From assembly GCA_951406725.2 (NCBI GenBank), contig OX597831.1:54188001-54252000 (forward strand): a DNA stretch of 64,000 nucleotides. The letters run 5' to 3'. This DNA is from Octopus vulgaris (taxonomy: Eukaryota). The translations under genes were made by a program, and so were the position numbers. Under the pieces are notes generated by a model. That model made no database searches. It saw nothing but the letters and a program-made list of their open reading frames with translations, and had not been told where the DNA came from. Shown in pieces: positions 42,120-57,453 of this stretch (positions are counted from its first letter, which is position 1; every line of letters begins with the position of its first letter).

Positions 42120-43140
42120 ATTTCGCAACTCTATTAACTCTTAAGTGTGTTTACAAATGTATAAACAAAGGTTTAGATGCTGCAACATACACTCTTATGC
42201 AGAATGGCAGTCAGCAGACAAATAAAAATGACGAAGATCACAGTATGACAGAGGAAGATACATCATCAGTACCAACGAGGTTTTTCGGTGCATCTTTAAT
42301 TTTCCCATTCATGAGAGGCACCCAGCCATCATTCATCTGAGTGTCCATCTAAGGAATGGCCACAGGGTTATCTTTACAAAACAAAGAACAGCACGTTCTC
42401 CAAAAGAAACTACCCTTAGTGCCTTTTTTAAGTTGTGGCAAGAACATAAAGATGCAAGAAAACTCCTTTACCCACAATTACCTGGAGAAACGATAAATGG
42501 CACAAGAGGAAACGTGGGGCTGACGCTCTTGCAAGAGTTTACAGTGTCCACCCAAGCCAAGCAGAATGCTACTACTTACGGCTCCTTTTGCATGAAGAAC
42601 GTGGTCCTAAATCATTCCAAAATTCGAGAAGGGTAAATGATCATGTGTGTGAAACTTATAGGGAAGCAAGCTATCAAGAAGGGTTTTTTTTTTTGTTTAG
42701 ATAATGATGAGCTTTGGGACCTTGTATTGACCGAAGCATCAGTATCAGATTCTCTAAGGAAACTCCGTAACCTTTTTGCAATTATACTGAACTTGTGTCA
42801 ACTTGGCAGTCTCCTTTAGCTTTGGGTGAAATATCATGAGGACATGGCTGAAGACTTAAAGCATGCAGTTCAACAGGCAAACCCAGATATCAATATACAC
42901 TTCTCTGAAACAATTTTTAACCAAGCACTGATAGAAATTGAGGATAACGTTTTGGCCACCAGGGGCAAAACATTGCAAGAGTCTGGGTCTGGACTGCCAA
43001 AAACAAACCATAAAATTAGTGATTTAACTTCATGAGACATAGCAAGAGAGACAAATTATGACATCACAGACTTGGCTGCATTTGTGAATGAACCTAAACT
43101 TCTTAAAGAACAACGCTGTGCATATGATGAAATTTTTCGT
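42120..43140 (+). pseudogene. Helitron RepHel central fragment
   Basis: KCVYKCINKGLD, RYISTNE..IFNFPIHERHP..LSVHL, ECYYLRLLLH, LDNDELW..L.EA..LR.LFAIIL; frameshifted and truncated by microsatellite plus R4-like insertion. Confidence 0.8.
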
Positions 43141-43152
43141 TTATTATTATTA

Positions 43153-43222
<70 letters not shown>

Positions 43223-43253
43223 CATTATTATCATCATCATCATCATCATCATT

Positions 43254-43285
<32 letters not shown>

Positions 43286-43317
43286 CATCATCATCATCGT
43301 CGTCGTCGTCATCATCA

Positions 43318-43860
43318 TTGCCTTTGCACAGCTTCTAACACTGAAGATGTACTACGGTATCAGCTGTTCACTACCAGTGAACTAAGGTAACACTTCTTAT
43401 TTTTCGAGCACCTTCCGGAGTATTCGAGCGGTTCCAAGCAGTGCTGTTTTCTGCAAGTGCTCCACCCTTATTGCAGCCCCTATTTGTTCAATGTACTTCT
43501 CAAGATTTTTGCTCACTGTTCCCAGGTTCCCACAATTATTAGTACTACGGCTACCTTTTTTCAACGACCACAACTGCTGAACTTCCTAAGCTAACCTGTC
43601 ATATCTCTCGACTTTTCTTTCTTCCTTATCGCATAACTTGTCAGCTGGGTATGCTATGTCTATGATCCAGCATAGTTTGTTTTTCTTTCTCGATTAAGAC
43701 TATGTCTAGCTTCCTATTTTCAATCTCATGGTCGCACTGAATCATAAAATCTCATAGGATCTTTGCATTTCTATTTTCGACGATGCCTTCAGGTTTGTGA
43801 TCGTACCAATATTTTGCTCTGTCAAGTCAATATTTATTGCAAAGTGTCCAATGGTGAGAG
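43318..43860 (-). mobile_element. R4/Dong-like element 3' end abutting (TAA)n/(TGA)n
   Basis: Minus strand gives decayed HWTLC.KY..WYDH.P..KIL*DF..PDIV..RILRKVLE motifs, then microsatellite. Confidence 0.65.
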
Positions 43861-44106
43861 ACATTTCTGAGAAACTCTTTCAACCAGCGTAGAAAGCGCC
43901 ATTCCAGCGAAGTGGAACAACTAGAGAAAAATGCGTCAAGGGTGTTGACTCTCCGACAGATTTATATGATGCAATAAAATACCGTGGATAAAATTTCATT
44001 TAAAGTAACCCAAGATTTAGTTTAGAATCGTATTAAGAATACTACATATGGATTCACATATGTACACGAGACAGTCCAGCACGCCCCCATAATCATCAAA
44101 ATATAT

Positions 44107-44163
<57 letters not shown>

Positions 44164-45047
44164 CTCTTTTACGTCGATGTACATGTCGCCTTTTCTTCAG
44201 CTTTCAAACCATTAAATACGTTGGTAATTAAGTTCTTAATTACTAAACAATACAAAGAAATCTTTAGCCTCCATTCTAAATTACAAATTTCCAAATAATG
44301 CTTGAAAAACTTTCTATTATAAACTGAAAATATATAATTTTTGTTGTGTGCCTCTTTGTGAACGAAAATGTAATATGAATATAATTGCTTTACTACATAC
44401 ACAATAGTTCCACACTTACGTATCCTTTTCATTTCCCAGTTCGCCTACACTCTTCAAAGAGTACTCCATTTAACCATTTGACCATGCAATATTCATTGAA
44501 CTTTGCTAACTACTTTTGACTGCATTTTGTTTCTTGAATATTTCTCTCGATTTTTTTTATTGCATGCAAACTCCTTACAGTTTACCTATGGTACAGATAG
44601 ATTATACATGAAACTAAACTCTGATAGGTAGCTACTACTCAATAGATTTTCCTACTTAATATAGCAACTATATCACCTTCAAGTGGTTTTCTACTGCATT
44701 CAAAGTACTTGTTACACGTTTTCTGTCTGTAATAATACTATTAAAGCAAACCCAGAAAGAGCTTTCTACACAATACTTTCTCGTCTTCGACATAACACCC
44801 AAGAATCCTTCAACAAAGTACCTACCATAATTAAAGAAGGATCTACATGATTGATGCCCTTCAGCTTCGAACATTAAAAGCAGAAAAGTTCACGTCCCGA
44901 AATATCGATGTTGCATTTCAATTTCAACAGTATTATAAAAGAACTGAATGGAACCTTTTTCCACATCATTGATGTTATGTCTGTCATAATCACTTTATCT
45001 ATTAGAGAATTTTATCTGCCGTACACTGGAACACCAATTTATATACA

Positions 45048-45079
<32 letters not shown>

Positions 45080-45086
45080 CATACAT

Positions 45087-45139
<53 letters not shown>

Positions 45140-45250
45140 CATACATACAGCAAAATGGCGGTGCCCCAGCATGGCCACAGCTCATAAGCTGAAACTAGAA
45201 TCAATCAATCAATCAATCATATATATATATATATATATATGTATGTATAT

Positions 45251-45327
<77 letters not shown>

Positions 45328-45328
45328 C

Positions 45329-46859
<1,531 letters not shown>

Positions 46860-47309
46860 TATGTTATATATATATACATATATATAAAGTTAATCCAAAC
46901 AAGAAAACGCAAAAAACACAACAACGCGAGGACGTGGAACAAATATAGTATTATTGGACGCTCAGGAAAGAAGGAAAGAAGGAGGGTTTAACGTTTCGAG
47001 CGGAGCTCTTCGTCGGAAACACACACTGGATTAGTGTTCTGTCTCTGCCTTCGAAACATGCTTGACTCCACTAGCGACAGCTGATGACGGGGGTTTTGTC
47101 CTTGTGTAGCTCGTCTTGTAACTGTTTTTTCGTTTTCTTGTTTTTCGTTTTTCGTTTTCTTGTTTTTTGTTTTTTTGTTTTTTCCGTTTCTACGTCTTAT
47201 TGTGATGTCCTGTACTCACGTATAATTATTTATATATGCATGTATATATACATGTAGATGTAGGTACGTACATATATGTTTGTATGTATGCATATATTTT
47301 TATTTATCA

Positions 47310-47370
<61 letters not shown>

Positions 47371-47676
47371 CAGAAAATAAAGTAAACATCATACGAAGAA
47401 TAGCCGTGACAATAGACTAGAAGGCTAGCAGATCGGGTAATACTCTTAGAAAACGGGAAAAGAGGCCATTAAGCTGCTACAGATAATCGAGCCTTAGATA
47501 CAGGATTCTATTTACAGTTATTCTAAGATTGAGATTTGGTTTGTTTTCTGTAAAATACCAATTCACTTGTCGCTTCTAAGTTTGTTTATAACATACATAC
47601 ATACATACATACATACATACATACATACATACATACATACATACATACATACATACATACATACATACATACATAC

Positions 47677-47707
<31 letters not shown>

Positions 47708-48167
47708 ATATGTTAAAATTTTCTGTTCAAATTTACTATTTTATTGTCAAAATCTCTCACATGTATATACATGCATATATGGGTACAGGACACCACGAAA
47801 CATAAACAACATAAAATAAACATAAAATACGAAAACAACGTGAAAATGCTTGAAATACGAAGTAGAAAAAAAACCAACAACTGATGAAGGGTCGTTTTTT
47901 CGCGTTGCTTGTCTTTTTTTCAGTTTGTTTCTTTCGTTGTTCGCAAAAAAAGTTCGTATTCCATGTTGTTGCATTTCGTATTTCTTGTTGTTTTCGTATT
48001 TTATGTTTCTTCTATGTTCTTTACGTTCCGTGGTGTCCTGTGCCCATATATGAATGTATATACAAATATATGTATGTACACATATATATGTGTAGGTATA
48101 CATATATTTATATATTATTTATATTACTATATGATTGAACGCCACGCATCCATTTCCAAGTAAGTTT

Positions 48168-48277
<110 letters not shown>

Positions 48278-48311
48278 AAATATAATATGTGCCAATTATT
48301 CGGTTGCCATG

Positions 48312-48370
48312 ATAAAACTCCGAGTTTCGGATGTCGTGGCGGAAACCCACGCCGCCATCTCTTCTGTTAT
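48312..48370 (-). ncRNA. Degenerate hammerhead ribozyme in short inverted-repeat unit
   Basis: Reverse complement: ataa-CAGAAGA-gatg...catcc-GAAAC-TCGGA-GTT-ttat; arms 48293-48319 and 48384-48410. Confidence 0.5.
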
Positions 48371-48493
48371 CCAGCATCGAAAAAGTTTTATCATGGCTAC
48401 CGAATAATTGTCACATATTATATTTACAGATAAATTCCTCTATTTACATAATATCGAGGTTTCTTTCATTCTTTTGTTGTCTTACCATAACTC

Positions 48494-48598
<105 letters not shown>

Positions 48599-49190
48599 GA
48601 TATGTATGTATGTATTTATGTATGTATATATGTATTTATATATTTATATATATATACACACATACACACACACATACACACGAGGGGACCATCTCCTTAA
48701 TTGTGCGTCCTCCTCCCCGATAGTTTGAAGGCTTTCTCTCTCTCTCACACACCCACACGCACACACACACGCACTCACACACACACTCACACACATACTC
48801 TCATTAATGCAAAGCACGAAATTGATATAACGCATATTTCATCTTTTTTTCTTTCACTCTTTGCATCTCTAACACACGCACACACACGCACACACACAAA
48901 CGCACACAGACTGGCGCACGCGCACACATAAGCACCCACGCGCGCACACACACACATACACAACGATCCGTTCTCAATCTCACCCACGCGTATTAAAGTT
49001 AAGCAGCTTGCAGTAAAGGTGAAGGTTAGCTTTTAATATAGTCGTACAGTTTTGCCTAATTCAGAGTGCTTTGTTGATGTTGTTGTTTAATCAGAAGTCA
49101 TCCCACATCAAGCAGGACTGTAATCAATTATAGGCATGGCAACGTGAATTCACGTCTCTCCAGCAGTATATAGGATTAATCTATATTAGA

Positions 49191-49584
49191 CTAGTAGTAT
49201 CGCCCGGCGTTGCTCGGGTTTGTAAGGGAAATAACTATATAAGCATTTTTAGAGATGTAAAGTATAATAGCCATCTCAATATGGCTAACCACAAAGGGGG
49301 GGTTACTGTAGCTTTTTTATGTTCTGAGATTTAATAATACATTTTTAGAGAGTTACTTCCCTTATATATGCCAAAAATGCATTAAAAACGGGAAAAAATG
49401 ATGGTAATTTTTTTTTTAATTGTAGACTCATCGTAGACGCGCGCTAATACCCAGAAGGGCTCGATATGAATCACGACTATAAGATACCCGGTTTTGGTTA
49501 AACTGCACCGCAAAATGTGGGAGTAGTTAGGAATCTAAATCGTAGGAGACAGACACCACACAACCTCACTTTTATATATAGAGA
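49191..49584 (-). mobile_element. Non-autonomous Helitron, family 1
   Basis: Same termini and body as 31465-31855. Confidence 0.75.
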
Positions 49585-49929
49585 TTTCTCCTACCTTTTT
49601 TTTCATCCATTTTATTTAGATAGTCGGTATGATTTGATGATAATTTGGCTGCTTTTTCTAGTGTCAAACGACTAAGTATAACAACAGTTCTGAGCCACAG
49701 CTCCCAGGGCTGCATGCGGCTTTCGAGTATCCTTCCGACAGCCCCCAAATGGTCTTCCCTTTATAGACATATTTTATTTTTTTAATTGATATGTTTTACG
49801 TTTTATGGTGCACCCCTAAAAAAATCACTGCATTGGGATTTGGCTCTTCGATATTAAAAACGTTGAGAACCACTGAAGTATATGTTTCCTTGTTGAGTCG
49901 CTGTTGCGCTTTGTCGTAGCCTCAGCTCA

Positions 49930-50000
<71 letters not shown>

Positions 50001-50427
50001 CATTGATTGATAAATGTATATTATTGACAATCTATTCCGGCTATAAAATATCTAATGTCTTTTATTCCTATTGAACCATATATATATAAGGTCGTCACAA
50101 GATCAATTATTTTCAGTTTGATTTTTATCAATTATTGTAGCAATCCGGAAGAGTAAATATCCGCAACTTTTCCTTATTTAAGTTGAGAATATTGTGAAGC
50201 ATGAAGCGTAAAACAAAATATAAAAATTCAATGAATTGACATTTGCGTTTGTAGCTATCATTTTGTCAGTTAACAAATCAACTGCCTCCACCACGTTAAT
50301 TATAAAACCTTAATTATGAAAATCTGTGACTTTCTATGAAAATGAACCGTTAAATCCTTCAAATTATTTTCCTCTTTCTTTGGCAATTGCCAACAATTGA
50401 TTCTAGGTTGTTGCTTCCTTTATTAGC

Positions 50428-52120
50428 TCTCTCTATATAAAATTCTTTATCTATCTGTCCCCTATGCATTCTCAAACTTCTCCACCAAATCAAATCAAAT
50501 TTTACAAAGTAATAGTATTAGACCCCGCGAGTGTCGACATGTAATTTTTATTTTCATTTGGATTAAAATAATATAACTCTTCTCGAAAATAATCTTTCTA
50601 TAGTCAACTATAGTAAAGGACATCTTAAACCACGACGACGGTGTCACATTTCGTATATGAGTGTGTATGTATCTGTGAGCGTGTGTCTGTTTGCGCGACC
50701 GTTACATACGACATAGTAAAGGATATTTTATACGACGACGACGACGACACATTCGGTATATAAGTGTATATATGTCTGTCAGTCTGTGTGTGTGTTTGCG
50801 CGTTCGTTACGTAAATGTTTGTCTGTGTGTGTCTGTCTTAGTATATGTATATGAGTGTATGTGAAAGTGCATGACCGTGTCAGTGTATGTGAGAGTGTAT
50901 GTGTGTGTGAGTGTATTGTGATTGTCAATTACACTGTTGTAAACTGGCTGTGAAAGAGGTATATTGGCTCCAACAAATGAAATGGTTGATAAGCTCAATC
51001 ATAAACTTCTTCAAAAGTTAACAGATTCATCAGAAATGACTTTTCCTTCAATACACACAACAGTCGATCAAGATCAGGCTGTTCAATATCCTGTTGAATT
51101 TCTGAACACTCTTAAACCCACTGGGATGCCACCGCATAACTTAACACTAAAGCTGGATGCTCCCATTAAGTTGACTAGGAATCTTAACCCACCTTGCCTG
51201 TGTAATGGAACTCGCTTAATTGTTACTTCCATGAAGTCCCATGTCCTACAGGCAACAATCATAACAGGTAGTCACAAAGAAGAAGCTGTCTTTCTTTCAA
51301 AATTTCCTCTCATACCTACAGATGTTCCATTTGAATTTAAGGGGCTTCAGTTTCCAGTCAAACTAAGTTTAGCATTTCAATTAATAAATCTCAGGGTCAA
51401 TCCTACAAGATAATTGAACTTCTTCTCTCTACTACATGTTCTCCAACAGCCAACTCTATGTTGATGCTCACGAGTTGGAAGCAGCAACAATTATTTCATT
51501 TGGACACCAACATAAAATTACACAATGAATATTTTTTACTCTGAGATACTTCAAGATCGACAGATTTTCAGTTCTAAATTCTATTATCATTACAATTTCG
51601 ATATTTTTAAAATAAAATATAGATATTTTGAAATAATTATAAGGAAAAAAGATGAGTGGCTGTGTGGTAAGTAGCTTGCTTACCAACCACATGGTTCCGG
51701 GTTCAGTCCCACTGCGTGGCACCTTGGGCAAGTGTCTTCTACTATAGCCTCGGGCCGACCAAAGCCTTGTGAGTGGATTTGGTAGACAGAAACTGAAAGA
51801 AGCCCGTCGTATATATGCATATATATGTGTGTGTGTATGTTTGTGTGTCTGTGTTTGTTCCCCTAGCATTGTTTGACAACCGATGCTGGTGTGTTTATGT
51901 CCCCGTTACTTAGAGGTTCGGCAAAAGAGACCGATAGAATAAGTACTGGGCTTACAAAAGAATAAGTCCCGGGGTCGAGTTGCTCGATTAAAGGCGGTGC
52001 TCCAGCATGGCCGCAGTCAAAATGACTGAAACAAGGAAAAAAAAAATATCTTCTTATTTATTGTTTACTAATCTGAATAAGAGCAGCAGTAACCCGGGCA
52101 ATGACGGGTAATTCAGCTGG
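50428..52120 (+). mobile_element. Internally deleted Helitron with PIF1-like helicase C-terminal fragment (SINE inserted)
   Basis: 50964-51480: LAPTNEMVD..YPVEFLNTL.PTGMPPHNLTLK..CNGTRL..QFPVKL..INKSQGQS..QLYV. 3' end CCCGGGCAATGACGGG..GCTGG. Confidence 0.8.
51653..52045 (+). mobile_element. SINE family A copy nested in Helitron
   Basis: Full family A sequence. Confidence 0.85.
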
Positions 52121-54133
52121 TGATATATGAATAAGCTCACCCCTGTTTCTCAACCTAATCTGCATGGACCTTTTTTACTTTTACTAAAGCCCTTTGCTCT
52201 CCACGGAATACATGCCATTGAGAACTTTTCTCCACTGTTCTCAACTCTATAGTCTTTTCTGCATCTCTCCAGTTGAACTCCTGCTTCTTCAGCTCTGCCT
52301 CAATATACTGCCTCCGGTTATTTTTTTAGCGCACTCTCTTTTGCTTCCCTTCTGTTTTCCAGAGTGTATGCATGTGCATGTACTACCATTGCTGCTGCTG
52401 CTACTACTGCTGCTGTAGACACTGTTTCTTAAGCCCTTTGCTCCCCATGGAGCATAGGCCATTGATAATTTTTTCCATCATTCTCGACTCTAGATTGTTT
52501 TGTTTTTTTTCTGCTACTCTCCAGTTGGATCCCTGCTTCTTCAGCTCTGCCTCAGTATCCTGCCTCAAGTTATTTTTAGAACATCCTCTCTTCTGCTTCC
52601 TTTGTGGGCTCCAGGGTCAGGCCCAGATATGTAATGCAGGATGATGGGTTTTTTTCTTTTGGTTTTCTGCTGCACTGCATCACATTTCCCTAAGGCAACA
52701 CCTTCCTCTCCCAGATCTTGTTGGTCTCTATTTGTTATCGATGCTTCTGTAACTTTGCTCCTTTTCTAATTAGAAGTGTTGATCCTACACCAGCCCATTT
52801 TTCTTTTCTGGAAAACAGTGGTCCATTTTAGTCCGGCCTCTGCCCTTTGACCTGTCCAGCATTAGAATCCCAGTTAGACACCCAAGGCACTGTACCGCAA
52901 CAAAGGCTTAACCTCAGCGTTCCTAAAACCTATTTCAATCACATTCTTCAACTGAAAGGAAATGTCATTTGACTGAGAATTTTTCTATGCAAATCATTCA
53001 ATACATCACCATCTGTCTGGTTTATCTAATTTCATGCCATTAATTCACTTGAGTTACTGGCCTAAACTGTTCGTAACTCTTTCTCTATTATCTTCACTCG
53101 GCGTGCAGGCTTGATATAACTTTGCTTCGCTGATGAGGTTTAATAAGATCAAAACATGTCCATATCTATTGCCTAGCCTACCAACATAGATTTTACTTCC
53201 TACGACTGAAAATATATAATCTTCGGCAAAATTAGTTCTTTTTTCATTCCCCAACACCCAATATCATGACCCCAACCCTTTGAAAGTTGCCAACAATTAA
53301 AGCTAAAGTGAAAACCTGTCTCGAGTCTACAAACCCATTGAAACAGAGATTATGCCAGTTGATTCCCATCTCACAAAACAGAAAGCAAGTTCGTCGTATG
53401 GCTAAGCGACACCTCAGCTGTCGATTTTAGCCATTTTTTGGCGAGTGACATCAAGCAACGTGAAATAAAGTATCTTGCTCAAGACACAAACATGGCTGTG
53501 TGGTTAAGAAGCTCGCTTTGCAACTACGTGGTTTTGGGTTCAGTCCCACTGCACTGCAATTTGGACAGGCATTTTTCTAATATACACCCATGCCAACCAA
53601 TGTCTTTTGAGTGAATTTGGTTAACGGAAACTGTGTGGAAGCCAGTTATATATATATGTGTGTGCGTGAGTGTGTGTGTGTGTGTGTGTGTACATACATA
53701 CATACACATAAGCCAGCTGTGTATATGTATATATATGTGTGTGAGTGTGTGTGTTAGTGCGTATATGTGTATACATACATGCAAACACACATATATGTAT
53801 ATATGTACGTATGCATCTATGCATGTATATATGTATGCATGTACGAATTTATGTAAATATGCGTGTGCCTCTGTATTTGTGTTTAGGACCCTATATTTTA
53901 GCGGTTTGGCAAAAGGGAGCGATAGAATAAATATAAGACCGTGCGAAAAAAATTAAGTACTGGGATCGATTTGTTCCAGTAAACCCTTAGAGATAGTGTC
54001 CCAGCATGGCCACAGTCCAATGATTGAAACAAGTAAAAGGTATAGAAAAAAGAAAACAACGAGTATTGCGGTGAGCATCAGAAACCCCGGAAATACAGAC
54101 ACAGAAAACTCTAGAATCTTATATATATAATAA

Positions 54134-54210
54134 AATATATTAACAACGAGAAATACTTCACAGATGGAGATTTTCTCCATCTGTGAAGTATTTCTCGTTA
54201 TTAATATATT
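54134..54210. repeat. Near-perfect hairpin, ~37-bp arms, 3-nt loop
   Basis: AATATATTAACAACGAGAAATACTTCACAGATGGAGA-ttt-TCTCCATCTGTGAAGTATTTCTCGTTATTAATATATT, one mismatch. Confidence 0.9.
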
Positions 54211-54924
54211 TATTCTACGCTACACGGAGTACCGCATACATAACAATCCCATACAGTTAGCTCGGCAGGAGTCCGCAACAGGTAGCATGTGAGGGTTTAT
54301 GAGCACACCAGTAGGCATCTGTCATATACAAAATACAAAGATGTATTATAAATTTGATGCGAAGCATGCATGGGAAACCTTTTTCGAGAAGTATACTGCA
54401 TGGAACATAAATCATCATCAGGCAGGGCACACTACTAAGAAAAATTTAAGGTCATTTTTTCATTTGGCGTGCCAAGCAGAAAGTCCAGTGAGCTGCAAGT
54501 TGCTCATAACTGATCTATGCACTTAGTAGGTAAAAAGCTTCTTATAGGTGTGAGAATTGAATCTATGACATTACAACCAAGAGGCCGTTCCCCAAACCGC
54601 TAGACCACGTGTCTTCAACGCTAACAATTACGTCAAGTTACTTTTTTTCTGCATCTAAGCGGCCTTATTCTTATGTTTAAAAATTCCTTATTCTGAGTGA
54701 GACAAATGCATGAAAAACTCAGTAGAGTACCAGGCAAAAAATACTTTTCGGTTTTTAGTTTCATCCCTTTAGATTCTGAGTTCAAATCCTACAGTGACCA
54801 TTCATTCACTGAGTGCCGATAAAATAAACCCATTCAAGGAATAAGCGAGGGAACTAACTTTGCTTAGGAGATGCAAACTCAGTTTTTTAGGTGGATGTTC
54901 AAAGCGTTTTCATTATCTCCCTCA

Positions 54925-54984
<60 letters not shown>

Positions 54985-55050
54985 CGCGTGAGTACCGTTG
55001 GCGATTTTTTTCCTCCGTCTTTCCTTCCTTGGATCTTTCCTTTCCCGTAC

Positions 55051-55085
55051 GTTTCTGACGAAGAGCTCCGCTCGAAACGTTAAAC
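55051..55085 (+). ncRNA. Minimal hammerhead-like motif in ~200-bp pLTR-like repeat (54982-55185)
   Basis: gttt-CTGACGA-a-gagc-tcc-gctc-GAAAC-GTT-aaac. Inverted copy at 46986-47020; related motif at 29022-29065 (-). Confidence 0.55.
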
Positions 55086-55180
55086 CCTCCTTTTTTCCTT
55101 CTTTCCTGAGCGTCCAATAATACTATACTTGTTCCACATCCTCGCGTTGTTGTTTTCTCTTGGTGTTTTCATGTTTGGAT

Positions 55181-55258
<78 letters not shown>

Positions 55259-55863
55259 GTGCGTTTGCACCAGCTGCACGCCTCTGTTCCTGAATCTATG
55301 ATTCACATTACAGGAGTTTGATTTTATAGAAGCCGAAATTTGGGTCTGATGCCGAGGAATACAAACTTACTTCCACCCTGATAACGTTGATGCGTTTTAA
55401 TGGGTTGAGTCGCAGATGAACGGAGACAAAGATCAGATTCCAGGGAATTACTGTTTTCAGGCGACTCAGACAAATATAAACAATATATCTTACACAGATA
55501 TTAAACTAGTCCACAGTTCTCATTTCAAACTGATTTAACCCATCGGACGATGCCATATTTATATTTAGTATGCAGAAGATTCTCCCTACAGCCGTGGTAT
55601 TTTACCTCAATGGTACTGATTTCAAATTTTGGCACTAGACTAGCACTTTCGGGGGAGGAGATAAGTCGCAACTACGGGGTTTCGAAGCACACTTGTTGAC
55701 TCTAAAGATCAGGAGTGGTCGTATGATAAGTAGCTTGCTTACCAACCACATAGTTCCGGGTTCAGTCCCACTGCGTAGCACCTTGGGCAAGTGTCTTCTA
55801 CTATAGCCTCGGGCCAAAACCTTGTGAGTAGATTTGGTAGTCGGAAAGTGAAAGAAGCCCGTC

Positions 55864-55912
<49 letters not shown>

Positions 55913-55915
<3 letters not shown>

Positions 55916-57191
55916 GGGTTGGACAAAATAATAGAAATACCTTAAAATTTCAAACAAATTTATTTTAATATGGGGTAGGACCGCCTTTGGCAGTAATTGC
56001 AGCTTGAATTCTACTAGGTATGGACTCCTATAAAGTTTGAATTGTTTCCAAAAGAATTTTTATCCATTCTTCAGTTAAAACAGTCTCCGGTTCTTGTAGT
56101 GATAATAGTGGAGGATATCAACTCTTTAGTTTGTTTTTTTCTAAAATACACCATAAATGTTCAATACTATTGAGATCTGGGTACTGTGGTGGCCAGATAA
56201 GATGTTCAACTTCAGTAGAATGTTCCTCGCACCATTGAGTAACAACTTTAGTCGTGTGAATTGGTGCATTATTATCCTGAAAGATTGCGTTTCCCTCCGG
56301 TAACAGTTCCGCAACCATAGGATGAATTTGATCAGATAAAATGCTTAAATAGTCTTGACTATTAATTTTGCCATGAAGGGAAACCATTGGGTCGGCGGAT
56401 TTCCAAGATATAGCACCAGCCAGATCATCACAGATCCTCCTCCGTGTTTAACAGTTGGAAAAAGGCAGTCTTGGTCAAATGCTTCTTTTGGCTGTCTGCA
56501 CTCGTATACTCGGCCGGTGGTCGGAAATAAGGTAAAGATGACTCGTCCGAGAAGATAACATTCTTCCACTGCTCTAAGAACCAATTCTGTAGGTTTTTTT
56601 TTACTCCACTCTAAACGCTTTGCAACGTATGTTTTTGAAGTAGTGGTTTTCTGATTGCACCCTCCCGTGAAATCCGGCTTTGTGCAGCTCCCGGAGAGCA
56701 GTTTTTGTGGAAACTGGGTTCTCGATGTGGTCATTAAGCTCTGCAGTAATTTTGGAAGCTGTACTTTCGTGATTCTTTCTAACAATTCGCGTATGAGTCC
56801 GACGGTCACTATCTGAAAGTTTTGGTTTTCTTCCGAAGTTTTGTTTCGACGAGGAGGTTTTTCCCTCTTTCTCAAAGGCTGTCATTACTTTCGAGACAGT
56901 ATTTCTCGATACACCAAACATGTCAACTGTTTTTATTACGCTACCGCCTGTCATACGAGCACCAACTATTTGACCTCTTTGAAAGTCCAATAGATCTGTC
57001 ATTTTAATGAATTTTAATTACTTTTTTCTGATGATATCTAAAAAGAAACAACAATTTTTAGCAAAACATATTATGCAACACTAATAATAAATCAAAAAAC
57101 ATAGTAATAAACAAGCTTTTTCGGTTTTATAGATAGTTCAAAATTATGATGCTATGATGCAAAGTGTTTCCAATATTTTGTCCGACCCCTG
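55913..57191 (-). mobile_element. Full-length decayed Tc1-like transposon (DD36E-type spacing)
   Basis: TIRs CAGGGGTTGGACAAAATA / TATTTTGTCCGACCCCTG, TA on both sides. Transposase from 57002 (MTDLLDFQRGQIVGAR..) through PTVKHGGGSVMIW to QDNNAPIH..WPPQYPDLNSIE with frameshifts. Inserted in the (TA)n of a SINE. Confidence 0.9.
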
Positions 57192-57417
57192 TATGTGTGA
57201 GTGTGCATGTATGTTTTTGTTCCCCCACCATCGCTTGATAACCGATGCTGGTGTATTTACGCCCTCGTAACTTAGCAGTTTGGCGAAAGTGACCGATAGA
57301 ATAAGTACTAGGCTTACAAAGAATGAGTTCTGGCGTGGATTTGTTCGACTAAAGGCGGTGCTCCAGTATGGCCGCAGTCAAATGACTGAAACAAGTAAAA
57401 GAATAAAAGAGTATATA

Positions 57418-57453
<36 letters not shown>

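Noticed and set aside
44170-45020. Possible L1/Tx1 LINE 3' remnant on minus strand
   Set aside because: No diagnostic motif recognisable with confidence.
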